A DNA stretch of 33,572 bases from Candidatus Woesearchaeota archaeon (lineage in GTDB: Archaea; Nanobdellota; Nanobdellia; Woesearchaeales; CAZJJJ01), in contig JBKHIF010000007.1 of assembly GCA_046538795.1 (NCBI GenBank), forward strand, positions 1 through 33,572, written 5' to 3'. Both the position numbers and the translations under genes were made by a program. Below the pieces are notes generated by a model. The model worked only from the letters and a program-made list of their open reading frames with translations. It searched no databases and was not told where the DNA came from. Every line of letters begins with the position of its first letter. The first letter of the stretch is position 1. Of this stretch, positions 1-8,748 are shown piece by piece.

Positions 1-8
1 GTTTTTTT

Positions 9-85
9 TTGAAAATTTCGCATGAAACACGATTGAAACTTTGTTTAAATGTGCGTAGAAATTTAAAAAATTTCTTTTCGTTTTT
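9..85. repeat. 77-bp dispersed intergenic repeat, copy 1 (imperfect hairpin)
   Basis: TTGAAAATTTCGCATGAAACACGATTGAAACTTTGTTTAAATGTGCGTAGAAATTTAAAAAATTTCTTTTCGTTTTT matches 9325..9401 at 75/77 positions (differences at 56/9372 and 71/9387), same orientation. Confidence 0.95.
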
Positions 86-145
86 GTGGGGGTTGCCCTG
101 AAAGGGTACTCTTCGAGCAGGTCGGGGAATAGCCATCGGTTTGAG

Positions 146-739
146 TTATTTGCTTTGTTCAGGATCAGATCCATATGATGTATGTCTTGATTTTTCAAAT
201 GACTGTTTTACCATTTCTAGATTGTATTCAGGAAGTCTTGGTACGATCTCGTTGAAATAGAAAGAAAGCTCTTCTCCTCTGAAATCTAAGTCATCATACA
301 ATTTTAAAGATTGTTCAAGCTGGGTTTCAAAGAATTTTTCTATGCCTTCGTTTTCTTTGAGATATCTGTCAAGATTTTTCAGGTGATCAGCAAGTATGAA
401 TGATCTTGCCCTTTCTAGTTTTTTCTGATATTTTTTCTTATTATGTTCATCTTTATTAATTTCATTTATTATGATTTGTGATTTTAGAGCTAAAAGATAT
501 TCTTCATTTGTAATAACACTTATCGCTTTTCTGTGGACATCTTTATTTTTATCAAGATAATTAAATAAGCTATCATAAAATTCTGCTTTAGCTTTTAGAA
601 GTGTCTGATGGATCTCATTTTGGATAGTTGATTTTTCAAATCCCCTGTATCCTAGATCGTCACATATAGCTTTTATCTTAAGTCCATCCTCAAGTTCAGG
701 ACTGTTTCTTACAAGATCATCAATATGATTCCATTGCAT
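146..739 (-). CDS. hypothetical protein (197 aa, helical, charged)
   Basis: Long ORF with typical composition; a CTTAAA TATA-like box lies 28 nt upstream of the ATG; no recognisable motif. Confidence 0.75.
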   Translation of the reverse strand: MQWNHIDDLVRNSPELEDGLKIKAICDDLGYRGFEKSTIQNEIHQTLLKAKAEFYDSLFNYLDKNKDVHRKAISVITNEEYLLALKSQIIINEINKDEHNKKKYQKKLERARSFILADHLKNLDRYLKENEGIEKFFETQLEQSLKLYDDLDFRGEELSFYFNEIVPRLPEYNLEMVKQSFEKSRHTSYGSDPEQSK

Positions 740-771
740 TTCATGGGGTAATACATAATGATTTAAGAATT

Positions 772-1284
772 TTAGGCTTTCTTTTCAACATATTTCAAAT
801 AAGCGGTTCTTATTGTCTGATAATTTCTTTCAAGAAGATCTGATATTTGATTGAACTGCAACTTGTAATTTTCATGAAGATAACCGACTATCGATTCCTG
901 TATGCCTATATTTTTATCTGCTATTGCAAAGAGAGGTATGAGATATGTTTTCTCACTTATGTCAAGATTTCCTTCAAATTTTTCAAGACTTTTTCTGTAA
1001 GTGTTGTCGATTGTTGACTGTGTCCTGTTTGTAAGTATAGAAATATCTTTAGAAGAAAAACCAAGCTCGTCCTTAAGATATCTGCAAATAGATTCAAAAG
1101 CGCCGAGCTTAAAAGAAAAAATAGAGGCAGGCAAAAACAATTTGTCGGGGGTGAGAAGTTTTTCGTCAAACTTCCTGGAGAGAGATTTAATGATGTTTCT
1201 TTGCTCCTTCACAGGATATTTTTCCAGAAGACTCAAGAAGCCTTCGATCAAAAAATCCTGGTCTGAAGCGGCCTTACCTCCCAT
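772..1284 (-). CDS. tandem helix-turn-helix DNA-binding protein
   Basis: Internally duplicated HTH-like unit: ESICRYLKDELGFSSKDISILTNRTQSTIDNTY / ESIVGYLHENYKLQFNQISDLLERNYQTIRTAY. Confidence 0.75.
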   Translation of the reverse strand: MGGKAASDQDFLIEGFLSLLEKYPVKEQRNIIKSLSRKFDEKLLTPDKLFLPASIFSFKLGAFESICRYLKDELGFSSKDISILTNRTQSTIDNTYRKSLEKFEGNLDISEKTYLIPLFAIADKNIGIQESIVGYLHENYKLQFNQISDLLERNYQTIRTAYLKYVEKKA

Positions 1285-1465
1285 AATAAAACATCATATA
1301 ATATATGGGGTCAACTTATATTTAAAGCTTTCTATTTAGTAGTCTTATATTATTATTTGATTATTGATATTTTGTTTTTATTTTGCTTTTTATTAATTCT
1401 TTTGCATTTATATTTATCTAGATAATACTATTCTATTATTTAGCTTTGTCTTAGAAGTGGTGTGC

Positions 1466-2164
1466 TTATTTGCCAAATCTTCTTTTTCTTCTTGAGTATT
1501 CTTCAAGGCACTCGACAAATTTTTCTTTGGTAAATTCAGGCCAGAGCATGTCTGGGAGAAATATTATTTCAGAATAGACTGTCTGCCAGGTAAGAAAACC
1601 AGATAATCTTTGTTCAGAGGTCCTTATAACAAGATCAGGTTCAGAATCAAGGTACATGGATTCTGAGATCAGTTTTTCATCGATAGAATCAGGATCAAGA
1701 CCTTCTTTCACTTTTCCTGCTATATTTTTTACTGCATCGATTATCTCTGTCCTTCCTCCATAGCCCATCAGGAAGTTGAGGATATAATTATCATGTTCTT
1801 TTGTCTTTTCTATGATACGATTCATGCTAGTTCTTATATTTTCAGGAAAGAGATCAAGGCGTCCTATGAAATTTATCTTCACACGATTTTCATAAACCCT
1901 TTTATCATTTTCGAGCTTTTCAAATTCCTTTTCAAATATTCTCATAAGAAAATCGACTTCTTCTTTTGGTCTCTTGAAGTTTTCATGAGAAAATGAGAAT
2001 AATGAAAGTTCTTTTACATCTAAATCCTGGCACCATTCGATAAGTTCTTCGACTCTTTTAGCACCGTCTTCATGGCCTTTCCATGGCTTCCATGCATTTT
2101 TTTTTGCATATCTCCTGTTGCCGTCAAGTATTATTCCGACGTGTTTTGGATAATTTGTTTCCAT
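1466..2164 (-). CDS. uppS: cis-prenyltransferase (polyprenyl/undecaprenyl diphosphate synthase)
   Basis: PKHVGIILDGNRRYA, FSHENFKRPKEEV, YGGRTEI, PDLVIRTS-EQRLSGFLTWQ, WPEF and RRFGK motifs. Confidence 0.97.
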   Translation of the reverse strand: METNYPKHVGIILDGNRRYAKKNAWKPWKGHEDGAKRVEELIEWCQDLDVKELSLFSFSHENFKRPKEEVDFLMRIFEKEFEKLENDKRVYENRVKINFIGRLDLFPENIRTSMNRIIEKTKEHDNYILNFLMGYGGRTEIIDAVKNIAGKVKEGLDPDSIDEKLISESMYLDSEPDLVIRTSEQRLSGFLTWQTVYSEIIFLPDMLWPEFTKEKFVECLEEYSRRKRRFGK

Positions 2165-2211
2165 TTTAGATATGTTCTTTGATTTGTGATATTATATAAA
2201 ATTATGTTCTA

Positions 2212-2781
2212 TTAATCTGTTTTTTCTTCATTGAATACCTGTGCCTGGAATTTGTAAAGTTTTATGCTAGGCTCTTTCCATGCATCTGAATTAAGCCCTG
2301 CCTTGTTGCACGTGTGCATGAGAAATTCTTCTGGACTCCATCCATATTCAGTTGCGACTTGTGGAAGCAGAAGCCCTGAGTGTTCTTTATCTTTTATTAT
2401 GAGTCCATCTTCACCGATATTTATCTTTTCAAAATATTCGCTTGGTTTTTGGATTTCTATGAGTTCAGGGACGCTTAATACAGATATTTCTATATCTATG
2501 TAGTTTAGCTCAGATTTTGACAGCGGCGGAAATCTCGGATCCTGGAAAGCAGAACTTCTTGCTGCAGAAATTATTGCTTCGTAAAGAGGCAGCGTGGGCA
2601 TAGGATATCCTATACATCCTCTTAGGTTCTTATTTTTATGAAGTGTTACAAACACTCCTTGTTTTTCAGAAAATTCCTGTCTTATCTCATCGCTTGTCTT
2701 GAGATGCTCTCCTTCAAAAGCGCTCTCAATACTTTTTCTTGCAAGCTCGATAAGCCTATTCCCTTGATTAGAAGTAAGCAT
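2212..2781 (-). CDS. AMMECR1-family protein (AmmeMemoRadiSam system protein A)
   Basis: GVFVTL, LRGCIG, AFQDPRFPP and GLLLPQVA motifs. Start moved to the ATG at 2781 because the ORF-track extension overlaps rpoL. Confidence 0.95.
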   Translation of the reverse strand: MLTSNQGNRLIELARKSIESAFEGEHLKTSDEIRQEFSEKQGVFVTLHKNKNLRGCIGYPMPTLPLYEAIISAARSSAFQDPRFPPLSKSELNYIDIEISVLSVPELIEIQKPSEYFEKINIGEDGLIIKDKEHSGLLLPQVATEYGWSPEEFLMHTCNKAGLNSDAWKEPSIKLYKFQAQVFNEEKTD

Positions 2782-2788
2782 TTTTCGC

Positions 2789-3067
2789 TTATTTGACCTT
2801 TTTCTCGAACTCTTTCTTGAACTCTTCACATTTTTTCTTGACTGCTTTTGCTGCATCTTTCAGGGTTGCTTCAGGTGTTTTTGATCCATCGGTCTCAAGT
2901 ACTATTCTTGGGATGCCTACAAGAGGATGCTTTATTGTGTAACCTGCTGCTTTTATGTGCTTGTCATTCCAGAGTTCTTTTTTGAGCGCGTTGCAGAAAG
3001 AATGCCCTTCGCCCGGAAGCTCAAAGACCATCCTGCTTTTTGTTTTTTCGATAACCTTGATTTCCAT
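2789..3067 (-). CDS. rpoL: DNA-directed RNA polymerase subunit L (Rpo11)
   Basis: GEGHSFCNALK...AAGYTIKHPL motif; 92 aa; AGGTGA Shine-Dalgarno upstream. Confidence 0.95.
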   Translation of the reverse strand: MEIKVIEKTKSRMVFELPGEGHSFCNALKKELWNDKHIKAAGYTIKHPLVGIPRIVLETDGSKTPEATLKDAAKAVKKKCEEFKKEFEKKVK

Positions 3068-3154
3068 ATTAGAATCACCTTAATTTACTAAAACGAAATA
3101 CAATTTATTTAAAAACCTTTCTTTTGAAAAAGCTGTTTAGAGATGACTTCTTAA

Positions 3155-3784
3155 TTATTGTCTGATAAGCTTATAACAGCTAACCTTTATCCTTTCGATC
3201 TTTTTTTTATGTATTATGTGCGTATTTTTTAGTGGATAATTATAGTCATATATCCTTTGAATCTTAAATCCATGATCTTTTGTGATCGCTTTCACAAAAT
3301 CTTCTGTTGATGTTTTGTGGAAAGAGTATATCATATTTGATGTTTCAAACGCTTTTTCCAGAAATGCTTTATCTGCATGTTTGGTCTTTGTTCCGAATGG
3401 AGGATTTTGTATTGTGAGATCTGTCTTTTTAGAGAATTTTTTAACATCTTCTTCGACTATTTCATACTTTCCTTTGAATTCTGACATACTTGATATTTCT
3501 GTTAGATTTTTTTTCAGGATGTCTGCTGCTTTTTTGTCTTTTTCGACAAAATAAACTTTTTTTGCTCCAAGAAGAAGAGATCCGATTCCTAAGACTCCTG
3601 TTCCTGCTCCAAGATCGGCAATAGTTTTTCCTTCAATCTCTCCTGACATGAAAGCAGTCCAGAGTATATCTCCTGCAATTTCCGAATCAGTAACATACTG
3701 CTCATCCTTAAGAGAAGGATCTTCAAATCCTTTAAGTCTTGAAAGCGTAACTGAAAGATCTCTTTTTGAAACCATTTTTATCAT
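3155..3784 (-). CDS. METTL5-like N6-adenine RNA methyltransferase
   Basis: EQYVT, IADLGAGTGVLGIG (SAM binding), NPPFGTK, HADKAFL and YSFHK motifs. Confidence 0.92.
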   Translation of the reverse strand: MIKMVSKRDLSVTLSRLKGFEDPSLKDEQYVTDSEIAGDILWTAFMSGEIEGKTIADLGAGTGVLGIGSLLLGAKKVYFVEKDKKAADILKKNLTEISSMSEFKGKYEIVEEDVKKFSKKTDLTIQNPPFGTKTKHADKAFLEKAFETSNMIYSFHKTSTEDFVKAITKDHGFKIQRIYDYNYPLKNTHIIHKKKIERIKVSCYKLIRQ

Positions 3785-4041
3785 AACATTTTTATGAGCT
3801 TTTCTTTTGACTTTAGCCCTGATATTATCTTTATATCTTTCTTGTAATTTTTTCTGAAGAATTTAATGATTTCTATATTTGCCTTATTGTTTTCTGCAGG
3901 TTTTGCTATATCCATTTTTAATGCCTGTTTTGATTCATCATAACCAATAATCATTGTTTTTGGAGAATTAGGCTTAACATAAAGTCTGATTGAATCATTA
4001 TTTTCTATGTATAAATTGATTTCCATATTTATTAAAGACAT
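3781..4041 (-). CDS. DUF167/YggU-family protein
   Basis: VKPNS...PAENNKAN.E...IISGLKSKEK pattern; the start may be the ATG at 4026. Confidence 0.88.
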   Translation of the reverse strand: MSLINMEINLYIENNDSIRLYVKPNSPKTMIIGYDESKQALKMDIAKPAENNKANIEIIKFFRKNYKKDIKIISGLKSKEKLIKML

Positions 4042-4067
4042 AAAAATAAAAAATATTGATCATGAGA

Positions 4068-4382
4068 TCAGCTATAATCTCTCCAGATATGCTTGCATTC
4101 CTTGCACTTGTAGAATTTGGTCTCGGGTTCATCAGAACTTCTTGTCTGCTGCAGCCAAAAATATGCTTCGTTGTATCCGCACTTAGGGCATTCTGCTTCT
4201 ACAACAGGCTTGCTTTCAAAGTCCTCATCAACAACCTCTATCTCTTCTTTCTCTTCGATTGTGTCCTTAAGTTTAGTGTTTTCTGTATCTTTGTTAGTGT
4301 AACCGCATGTGCAACTCTGAACATATTTTCCAGATTCTTTTTTTGGCACAAGTATTGAACCGCATTTTGGGCAAAACATCAT
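4068..4382 (-). CDS. tfs: transcription factor S (TFIIS/RpoM-like)
   Basis: N-terminal CPKC..CTC and C-terminal CPKC..QTRSSDEP..CKEC zinc ribbons with the acidic DE hairpin; GGTGA SD upstream. Confidence 0.96.
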   Translation of the reverse strand: MMFCPKCGSILVPKKESGKYVQSCTCGYTNKDTENTKLKDTIEEKEEIEVVDEDFESKPVVEAECPKCGYNEAYFWLQQTRSSDEPETKFYKCKECKHIWRDYS

Positions 4383-4397
4383 TTTTTCATCACCGGT

Positions 4398-4418
4398 TTA
4401 TTATTATTATTATTATTA
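4398..4418. repeat. (TTA)7 microsatellite upstream of tfs
   Basis: Seven perfect TTA units between the sec11 stop and the tfs SD. Confidence 0.85.
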
Positions 4419-4474
4419 TTTTTGTTATGATTATTATATGTTTGTTTGTTGAAAATTTTTAAAATCCAAAATCA

Positions 4475-5137
4475 TCAAAATATACCCATTATAGATTGTA
4501 TTAGATTCACAGCGCCTATCTTAACCCATCCAAGATATGGCACCCTAAATCTTGCAACGCCTATTACATCGTTTTCTGGTATGCTGCTCTCAAAACCATG
4601 GGTTGTAGGGTTATGATCTCCCTTAGTTTTGAAAAAGATTTTATCGTCTTTTATATTTTTTTCGATAACCCTGTGAATGATAGGATCAGGTCTTGTACTT
4701 CTGAAAACGATCACGTCTCCGACTTTGATATTTTCAGCATCTTTTCCTGTAAGTATCATTATATCTCCTGTGTTGAATCCATTTTTGAAACTAAATTCTT
4801 TGAATTCTGATTTGGTGATGCCATAGTTTTGATAAAATTCGTCTTGATTTATTTTTTGGCTTTCATAAATAGCATCGCTTTTCCACCAGTCATCAAAAGA
4901 GCCGTCATGTTCCATGCTTCCTGAAACAACTGCAACTATTGGGTAGCTTGTTCCAAGGATAAGGCCCAATCCAGGATATACAAGATACTTGATGACAATA
5001 AAAGCTATTGCTATATTTGCCAATAAAGAGAGAACTGAATCATCCTTGTTTAGGAAATCTCTTATCTTTTTCCATGCTCTCCCAAGCTTAGAGTTCTTCA
5101 AATTTCTTTTCATCTCTTTTTGAAAATTGGAAAGCAT
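4475..5137 (-). CDS. sec11: signal peptidase I, archaeal Sec11 type
   Basis: N-terminal TM helix, VVSGSME (Ser), GDVIVF, IIHRVI (His), TKGDHN and VPYLGW. Confidence 0.93.
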   Translation of the reverse strand: MLSNFQKEMKRNLKNSKLGRAWKKIRDFLNKDDSVLSLLANIAIAFIVIKYLVYPGLGLILGTSYPIVAVVSGSMEHDGSFDDWWKSDAIYESQKINQDEFYQNYGITKSEFKEFSFKNGFNTGDIMILTGKDAENIKVGDVIVFRSTRPDPIIHRVIEKNIKDDKIFFKTKGDHNPTTHGFESSIPENDVIGVARFRVPYLGWVKIGAVNLIQSIMGIF

Positions 5138-5228
5138 ATTAAAAAGTTTATGCTTTTTAGCTTTTTAGCTATCTAAATTAGTTTTTAAAAAGAAACTTTA
5201 TATATAGTGTCGTCTTATTTTGATCATC

Positions 5229-6230
5229 ATGGGATTTTGTGCAAAATGCGGAAAAGGTATAGGTTCAGGCAGTCTTTGTGATTCCTGCAGGCTTTCTGAG
5301 ATGATTGATATAAAGAAAGCAAGGGTTAGAGACATAATGATTTGCAGCCACTCAGGACAGTTATTTTATCAGAATAAATGGCACAAGGTTTCTGATATGG
5401 AAAAGAAAGTCTCTGAACTTCTTACAGAAGATATTGTGAAATCTCTTGATATTAAAAAAAATGATTTTGTTGTTTCTGTTGTTACTCCTGCTGGATTATC
5501 TGAAGATATAAAGAAGCATGATAAAAAATATGTGTTTGATTTCAAGGTGGTTATACGGGTTCCAGGATCAGATATTCTTAAAACTGAATTCAAGATGAAA
5601 GGAAAGGTTGTTTATGAAATTTCATCTAAATTTGGCAAGAAGAATACTCAATATTTTGAAGGTGTTCTTCATGTGAGAAATCCAAGTGAAGATCTCCTCT
5701 CTTTTCTTGATGAGCTTTTTGACAAAGCTTCTTCTGAAGGTGTGTTTGTCACAGGCTACAAGAAACAGAAGAATGGTTATGATTATCAACTTACTTCAAA
5801 GAGATATGTGATGAAGATAGGTCAGGAATTACAGTCCAAGTTCGGAGGCTCCCTTAATGTTTCTGAACAGTTGTTTTCAAGAGATTCACAGACAAGCAAG
5901 GATATATTCAGGGTAAATGCGACATACACAATGCCTCCTTATACTAAAGGAGATTTTATTTTCAAGAATGATGAGATTGCAAGGGTTGTTTCTGTTGGCA
6001 AAGATATATTTGCAAAAAATCTTTTGAGCAGTGAAAAGTTCAGGGTAGAAAATGATTCTGGCTTTAAGAAAATTGAACCTCAAGAAACCAATGTTGTTGG
6101 TGTTTATCCTGGTTTGACTGCGCTTGATCCTGAGACTTATGATGCAAAAGAGCTTGTATCCTCAAAGAAACACAAGATAGATGACAAGGTTTTTGTAGTT
6201 TCTTATGGAAACCGATTGTATGAGGCTTAA
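5229..6230 (+). CDS. NMD3-family ribosome biogenesis protein
   Basis: FCAKCG..LCDSC zinc knuckle, YFEGVLHVR, NGYDYQLTS, LFSRDSQTSKDIFR and a C-terminal LDPETY OB-like region; ATG at 5229 preferred. Confidence 0.85.
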   Translation: MGFCAKCGKGIGSGSLCDSCRLSEMIDIKKARVRDIMICSHSGQLFYQNKWHKVSDMEKKVSELLTEDIVKSLDIKKNDFVVSVVTPAGLSEDIKKHDKKYVFDFKVVIRVPGSDILKTEFKMKGKVVYEISSKFGKKNTQYFEGVLHVRNPSEDLLSFLDELFDKASSEGVFVTGYKKQKNGYDYQLTSKRYVMKIGQELQSKFGGSLNVSEQLFSRDSQTSKDIFRVNATYTMPPYTKGDFIFKNDEIARVVSVGKDIFAKNLLSSEKFRVENDSGFKKIEPQETNVVGVYPGLTALDPETYDAKELVSSKKHKIDDKVFVVSYGNRLYEA

Positions 6231-6235
6231 GTTAT

Positions 6236-6763
6236 ATGAAAAAAGAAATATATTTTTACGGAAGAACGATAAATTCTGCTGATTACTGTAAACTTATAGA
6301 TAAGAGAATAAGGATATTTATCAGGACGAACAATCTTTTCAGCACAAGTGATAATATCTGCATAATTGATGATTCTTCTGCTGCCTTTTTTGTTACAAAA
6401 CATATCTTAGAAAGGCTTTCTTTGAAATTTCCTATAAATATATCAACCCAAAAAAAGATAACAAAAAAAGCTTTGGAAAAGTTTGATAAGATTGTATTTC
6501 CTATAACTGCAGATCATGTGATAGATGAATTCTTAGAGGACATTTTCTTTTATGATATTGAAGAGTTCCATAAAGAAAGACCGCTTTCGATTCTTAATAC
6601 AATAACTGAAAAAGAATGTTTCCTGTTTGCAAAAGAGATGAAGCTAATACCCAAAAACATGAAGATGAAAAAGCATCTTCTGGACAGTTTTGAAGACAAT
6701 TTTCCTGAGACAAAGTTTGCGACTCTCAAGAGTGTTGATGTTATTGAGGATATAATTTCTTGA
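6236..6763 (+). CDS. degenerate TtuA/Ncs6/TtcA-like protein lacking a PP-loop
   Basis: DKRIRIFIRTNNLF, TADH, (R)PL...TEKE..LFA and LDSFE..FPETKF echo the tRNA thiolase family, but SGGxDS and the CxxC motifs are absent. Confidence 0.5.
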   Translation: MKKEIYFYGRTINSADYCKLIDKRIRIFIRTNNLFSTSDNICIIDDSSAAFFVTKHILERLSLKFPINISTQKKITKKALEKFDKIVFPITADHVIDEFLEDIFFYDIEEFHKERPLSILNTITEKECFLFAKEMKLIPKNMKMKKHLLDSFEDNFPETKFATLKSVDVIEDIIS

Positions 6764-6852
6764 AGTTGATTTGAATTATTTTCATATTTTCCGTAAACTA
6801 TCCGTTTTTTCTTCAGAACCTTATTTTAATGATTATTTCTTTCTGAACTATC

Positions 6853-7821
6853 ATGAAAATTGAGCTATTCCACATAATAGTTATGTTTCTTTCGCTTACT
6901 GCGATAGTTATAGCAGTTGTTCCTGAAGAAGGCTTTGATATTTTTATCCCAAGAGATACTGGATATATTGACATATATTTTACAGCACATGATAATCTTA
7001 GCGAAATAATATCATCTTATATCTTGTCTTCATATGATGTTTCCTGCGCTTTTTTTGATCTTGAGGATGAGGCGATAATTTCTTCATTGGAAAGGTCAAA
7101 CGCAAGAGTTGTTATAGATGATGAATATTCTCACAAAATAGAGGGTTCACAGATTGATTTTGTAAGTGATTTTTCAGGAAAACTTATGCACAATAAGTTC
7201 TGCATACTTGATGATCAGATTGTAATTACTGGTTCGATGAATCCGACAGAAAGAGGGATAAATCATAATGATAATAACGTTGTGATAATAAATTCCAAGC
7301 ATATAGCAAAAAATTACCTTGATGAGTTTAATGAGATGCACAAAGGTATATTTCATGAAGGAAGCAATGTAAGATTTCCTGAAGTGTACATGGGTGATAA
7401 GCTTTATGAAAATTATTTTTGCCCTGAAGATGATTGTAAGAAAAAGGTTTATGCTGAATTGTCAGCTTCTGAAAACAGCATATATTTCATGACTTTTTCT
7501 TTTACTGACGATGATATAGGAAATCTTCTTCTGGAAAAATATAACTCTGGATTTGAGGTTAAGGGAATTTTCGAGACAACACAGGCAGGAAGTTCCTATA
7601 GTCAGCATGAAAAATTAAAAGGGTTTTCTATCCGCGACAACAACAAATATACAATGCACCACAAGGTTTTCATAATAGACAATGAGACTGTAATTACAGG
7701 ATCGTATAATCCGACAAAAAATGCCGATGAGAACAATGATGAAAACATCCTGATAATTCATGACAAGAGGATTGCAGATATATATCTTAAAGAATTTGAA
7801 CGAGTCATGTCAATTTCCTAA
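6853..7821 (+). CDS. secreted or membrane-anchored phospholipase D-superfamily protein (nuclease or phospholipase)
   Basis: Two HxKxxxxDxxxxxxGSxN motifs (HNKFCILDDQIVITGSMN; HHKVFIIDNETVITGSYN) and a hydrophobic N-terminus. Confidence 0.92.
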   Translation: MKIELFHIIVMFLSLTAIVIAVVPEEGFDIFIPRDTGYIDIYFTAHDNLSEIISSYILSSYDVSCAFFDLEDEAIISSLERSNARVVIDDEYSHKIEGSQIDFVSDFSGKLMHNKFCILDDQIVITGSMNPTERGINHNDNNVVIINSKHIAKNYLDEFNEMHKGIFHEGSNVRFPEVYMGDKLYENYFCPEDDCKKKVYAELSASENSIYFMTFSFTDDDIGNLLLEKYNSGFEVKGIFETTQAGSSYSQHEKLKGFSIRDNNKYTMHHKVFIIDNETVITGSYNPTKNADENNDENILIIHDKRIADIYLKEFERVMSIS

Positions 7822-7886
7822 ATAAGCTTATATTTCTTATAGTATTAGAGCTTTTCATATATATTTAAATATTAATTCCGTGATGC

Positions 7887-8729
7887 ATGCATCTTATGGC
7901 AGGTTTATCAACATCTGGACAATTGATGATAGGTTCTATTGTATCTTTTATAGGTGGACTTCTTTTGTTTTTTCTTCTTGGATTTAAACTGATGAAAAAA
8001 GTAGCGATAATAAAAGATACGCCTACATCAAAAATAAGATCCATGGCAATAGGTCTTGTTGAAATAACTGGAAAACCTTTTGCAGAAAAATATCTTATAA
8101 CTCCTTTTTCAAAGAGCAATTGTGTCTATTACAGGTATGAGATCAAAGAATACAGAAGATATACGACAAGAGATTCTAAGGGACACACTCATACACATCA
8201 TAAATGGGTAACTGTTGCAAATGGTGGACGAAATATGGCTTTTTTCTTAAAAGATGATACAGGCCAGGCATATGTAAATCCAAATGGTGCTAATTTTGAC
8301 ATTCCTCTAAAAAGGCTTTTTTTACAAAAAGCAGGTCTTTTTGGAAACTTGGGCAATCTTGTGAATACTCTCAAGAACTGGGATTCTTACATGAAAGGAG
8401 ATGTAAGTGCGCAGGCTCTTAATCTTGTTCCTATTGATGTGAACAAGGGAATAACATTCAATCGCGTTGGTGACAGAAAATATTATGAATATTTTCTTGA
8501 ACCTGATGAAGAAACATATATACTTGGAACAGCAGCAAATGATTCATCTGCTCCCAACAATGTACTTGTGAAGAAAGGAGAAAATGAACCAACTTTCATA
8601 ATATCAAATAAGAGTGAAAAAGAGCTTTTGGGATCTCTAAAAACAAAGATGATACTTTCATTTATAGGTGGAGGATTATTGATAATAATTGGAATAATAT
8701 TATTTTTATATAATTTGGGCCTTTTCTAA
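7887..8729 (+). CDS. GIDE/BAM-domain membrane protein
   Basis: TM helix, DTPTSKIRSMAIGLVEITG, CVYYRY, FFLKDDTG, a YILG strand and a C-terminal TM; adjacent to lemA. Confidence 0.8.
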   Translation: MHLMAGLSTSGQLMIGSIVSFIGGLLLFFLLGFKLMKKVAIIKDTPTSKIRSMAIGLVEITGKPFAEKYLITPFSKSNCVYYRYEIKEYRRYTTRDSKGHTHTHHKWVTVANGGRNMAFFLKDDTGQAYVNPNGANFDIPLKRLFLQKAGLFGNLGNLVNTLKNWDSYMKGDVSAQALNLVPIDVNKGITFNRVGDRKYYEYFLEPDEETYILGTAANDSSAPNNVLVKKGENEPTFIISNKSEKELLGSLKTKMILSFIGGGLLIIIGIILFLYNLGLF

Positions 8730-8748
8730 GGTGCAAGAGGTAATCAAA

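Noticed and set aside
11..39. CRISPR repeat (sequence ends in ATTGAAAC)
   Set aside because: No repeat-spacer periodicity; identity between the two copies continues about 45 bp past the motif; no cas genes in the window.
86..145. Hammerhead/HDV ribozyme, fluoride riboswitch or archaeal SECIS
   Set aside because: Core consensus elements (CUGANGA..GAAA, crcB pairing, GAA/A internal loop) could not be fitted by eye, and no in-frame TGA selenoprotein candidate was seen.
2782..2856. Basic N-terminal extension of AMMECR1
   Set aside because: It is an off-frame reading of the rpoL 3' end; the ATG at 2781 gives a normal length.
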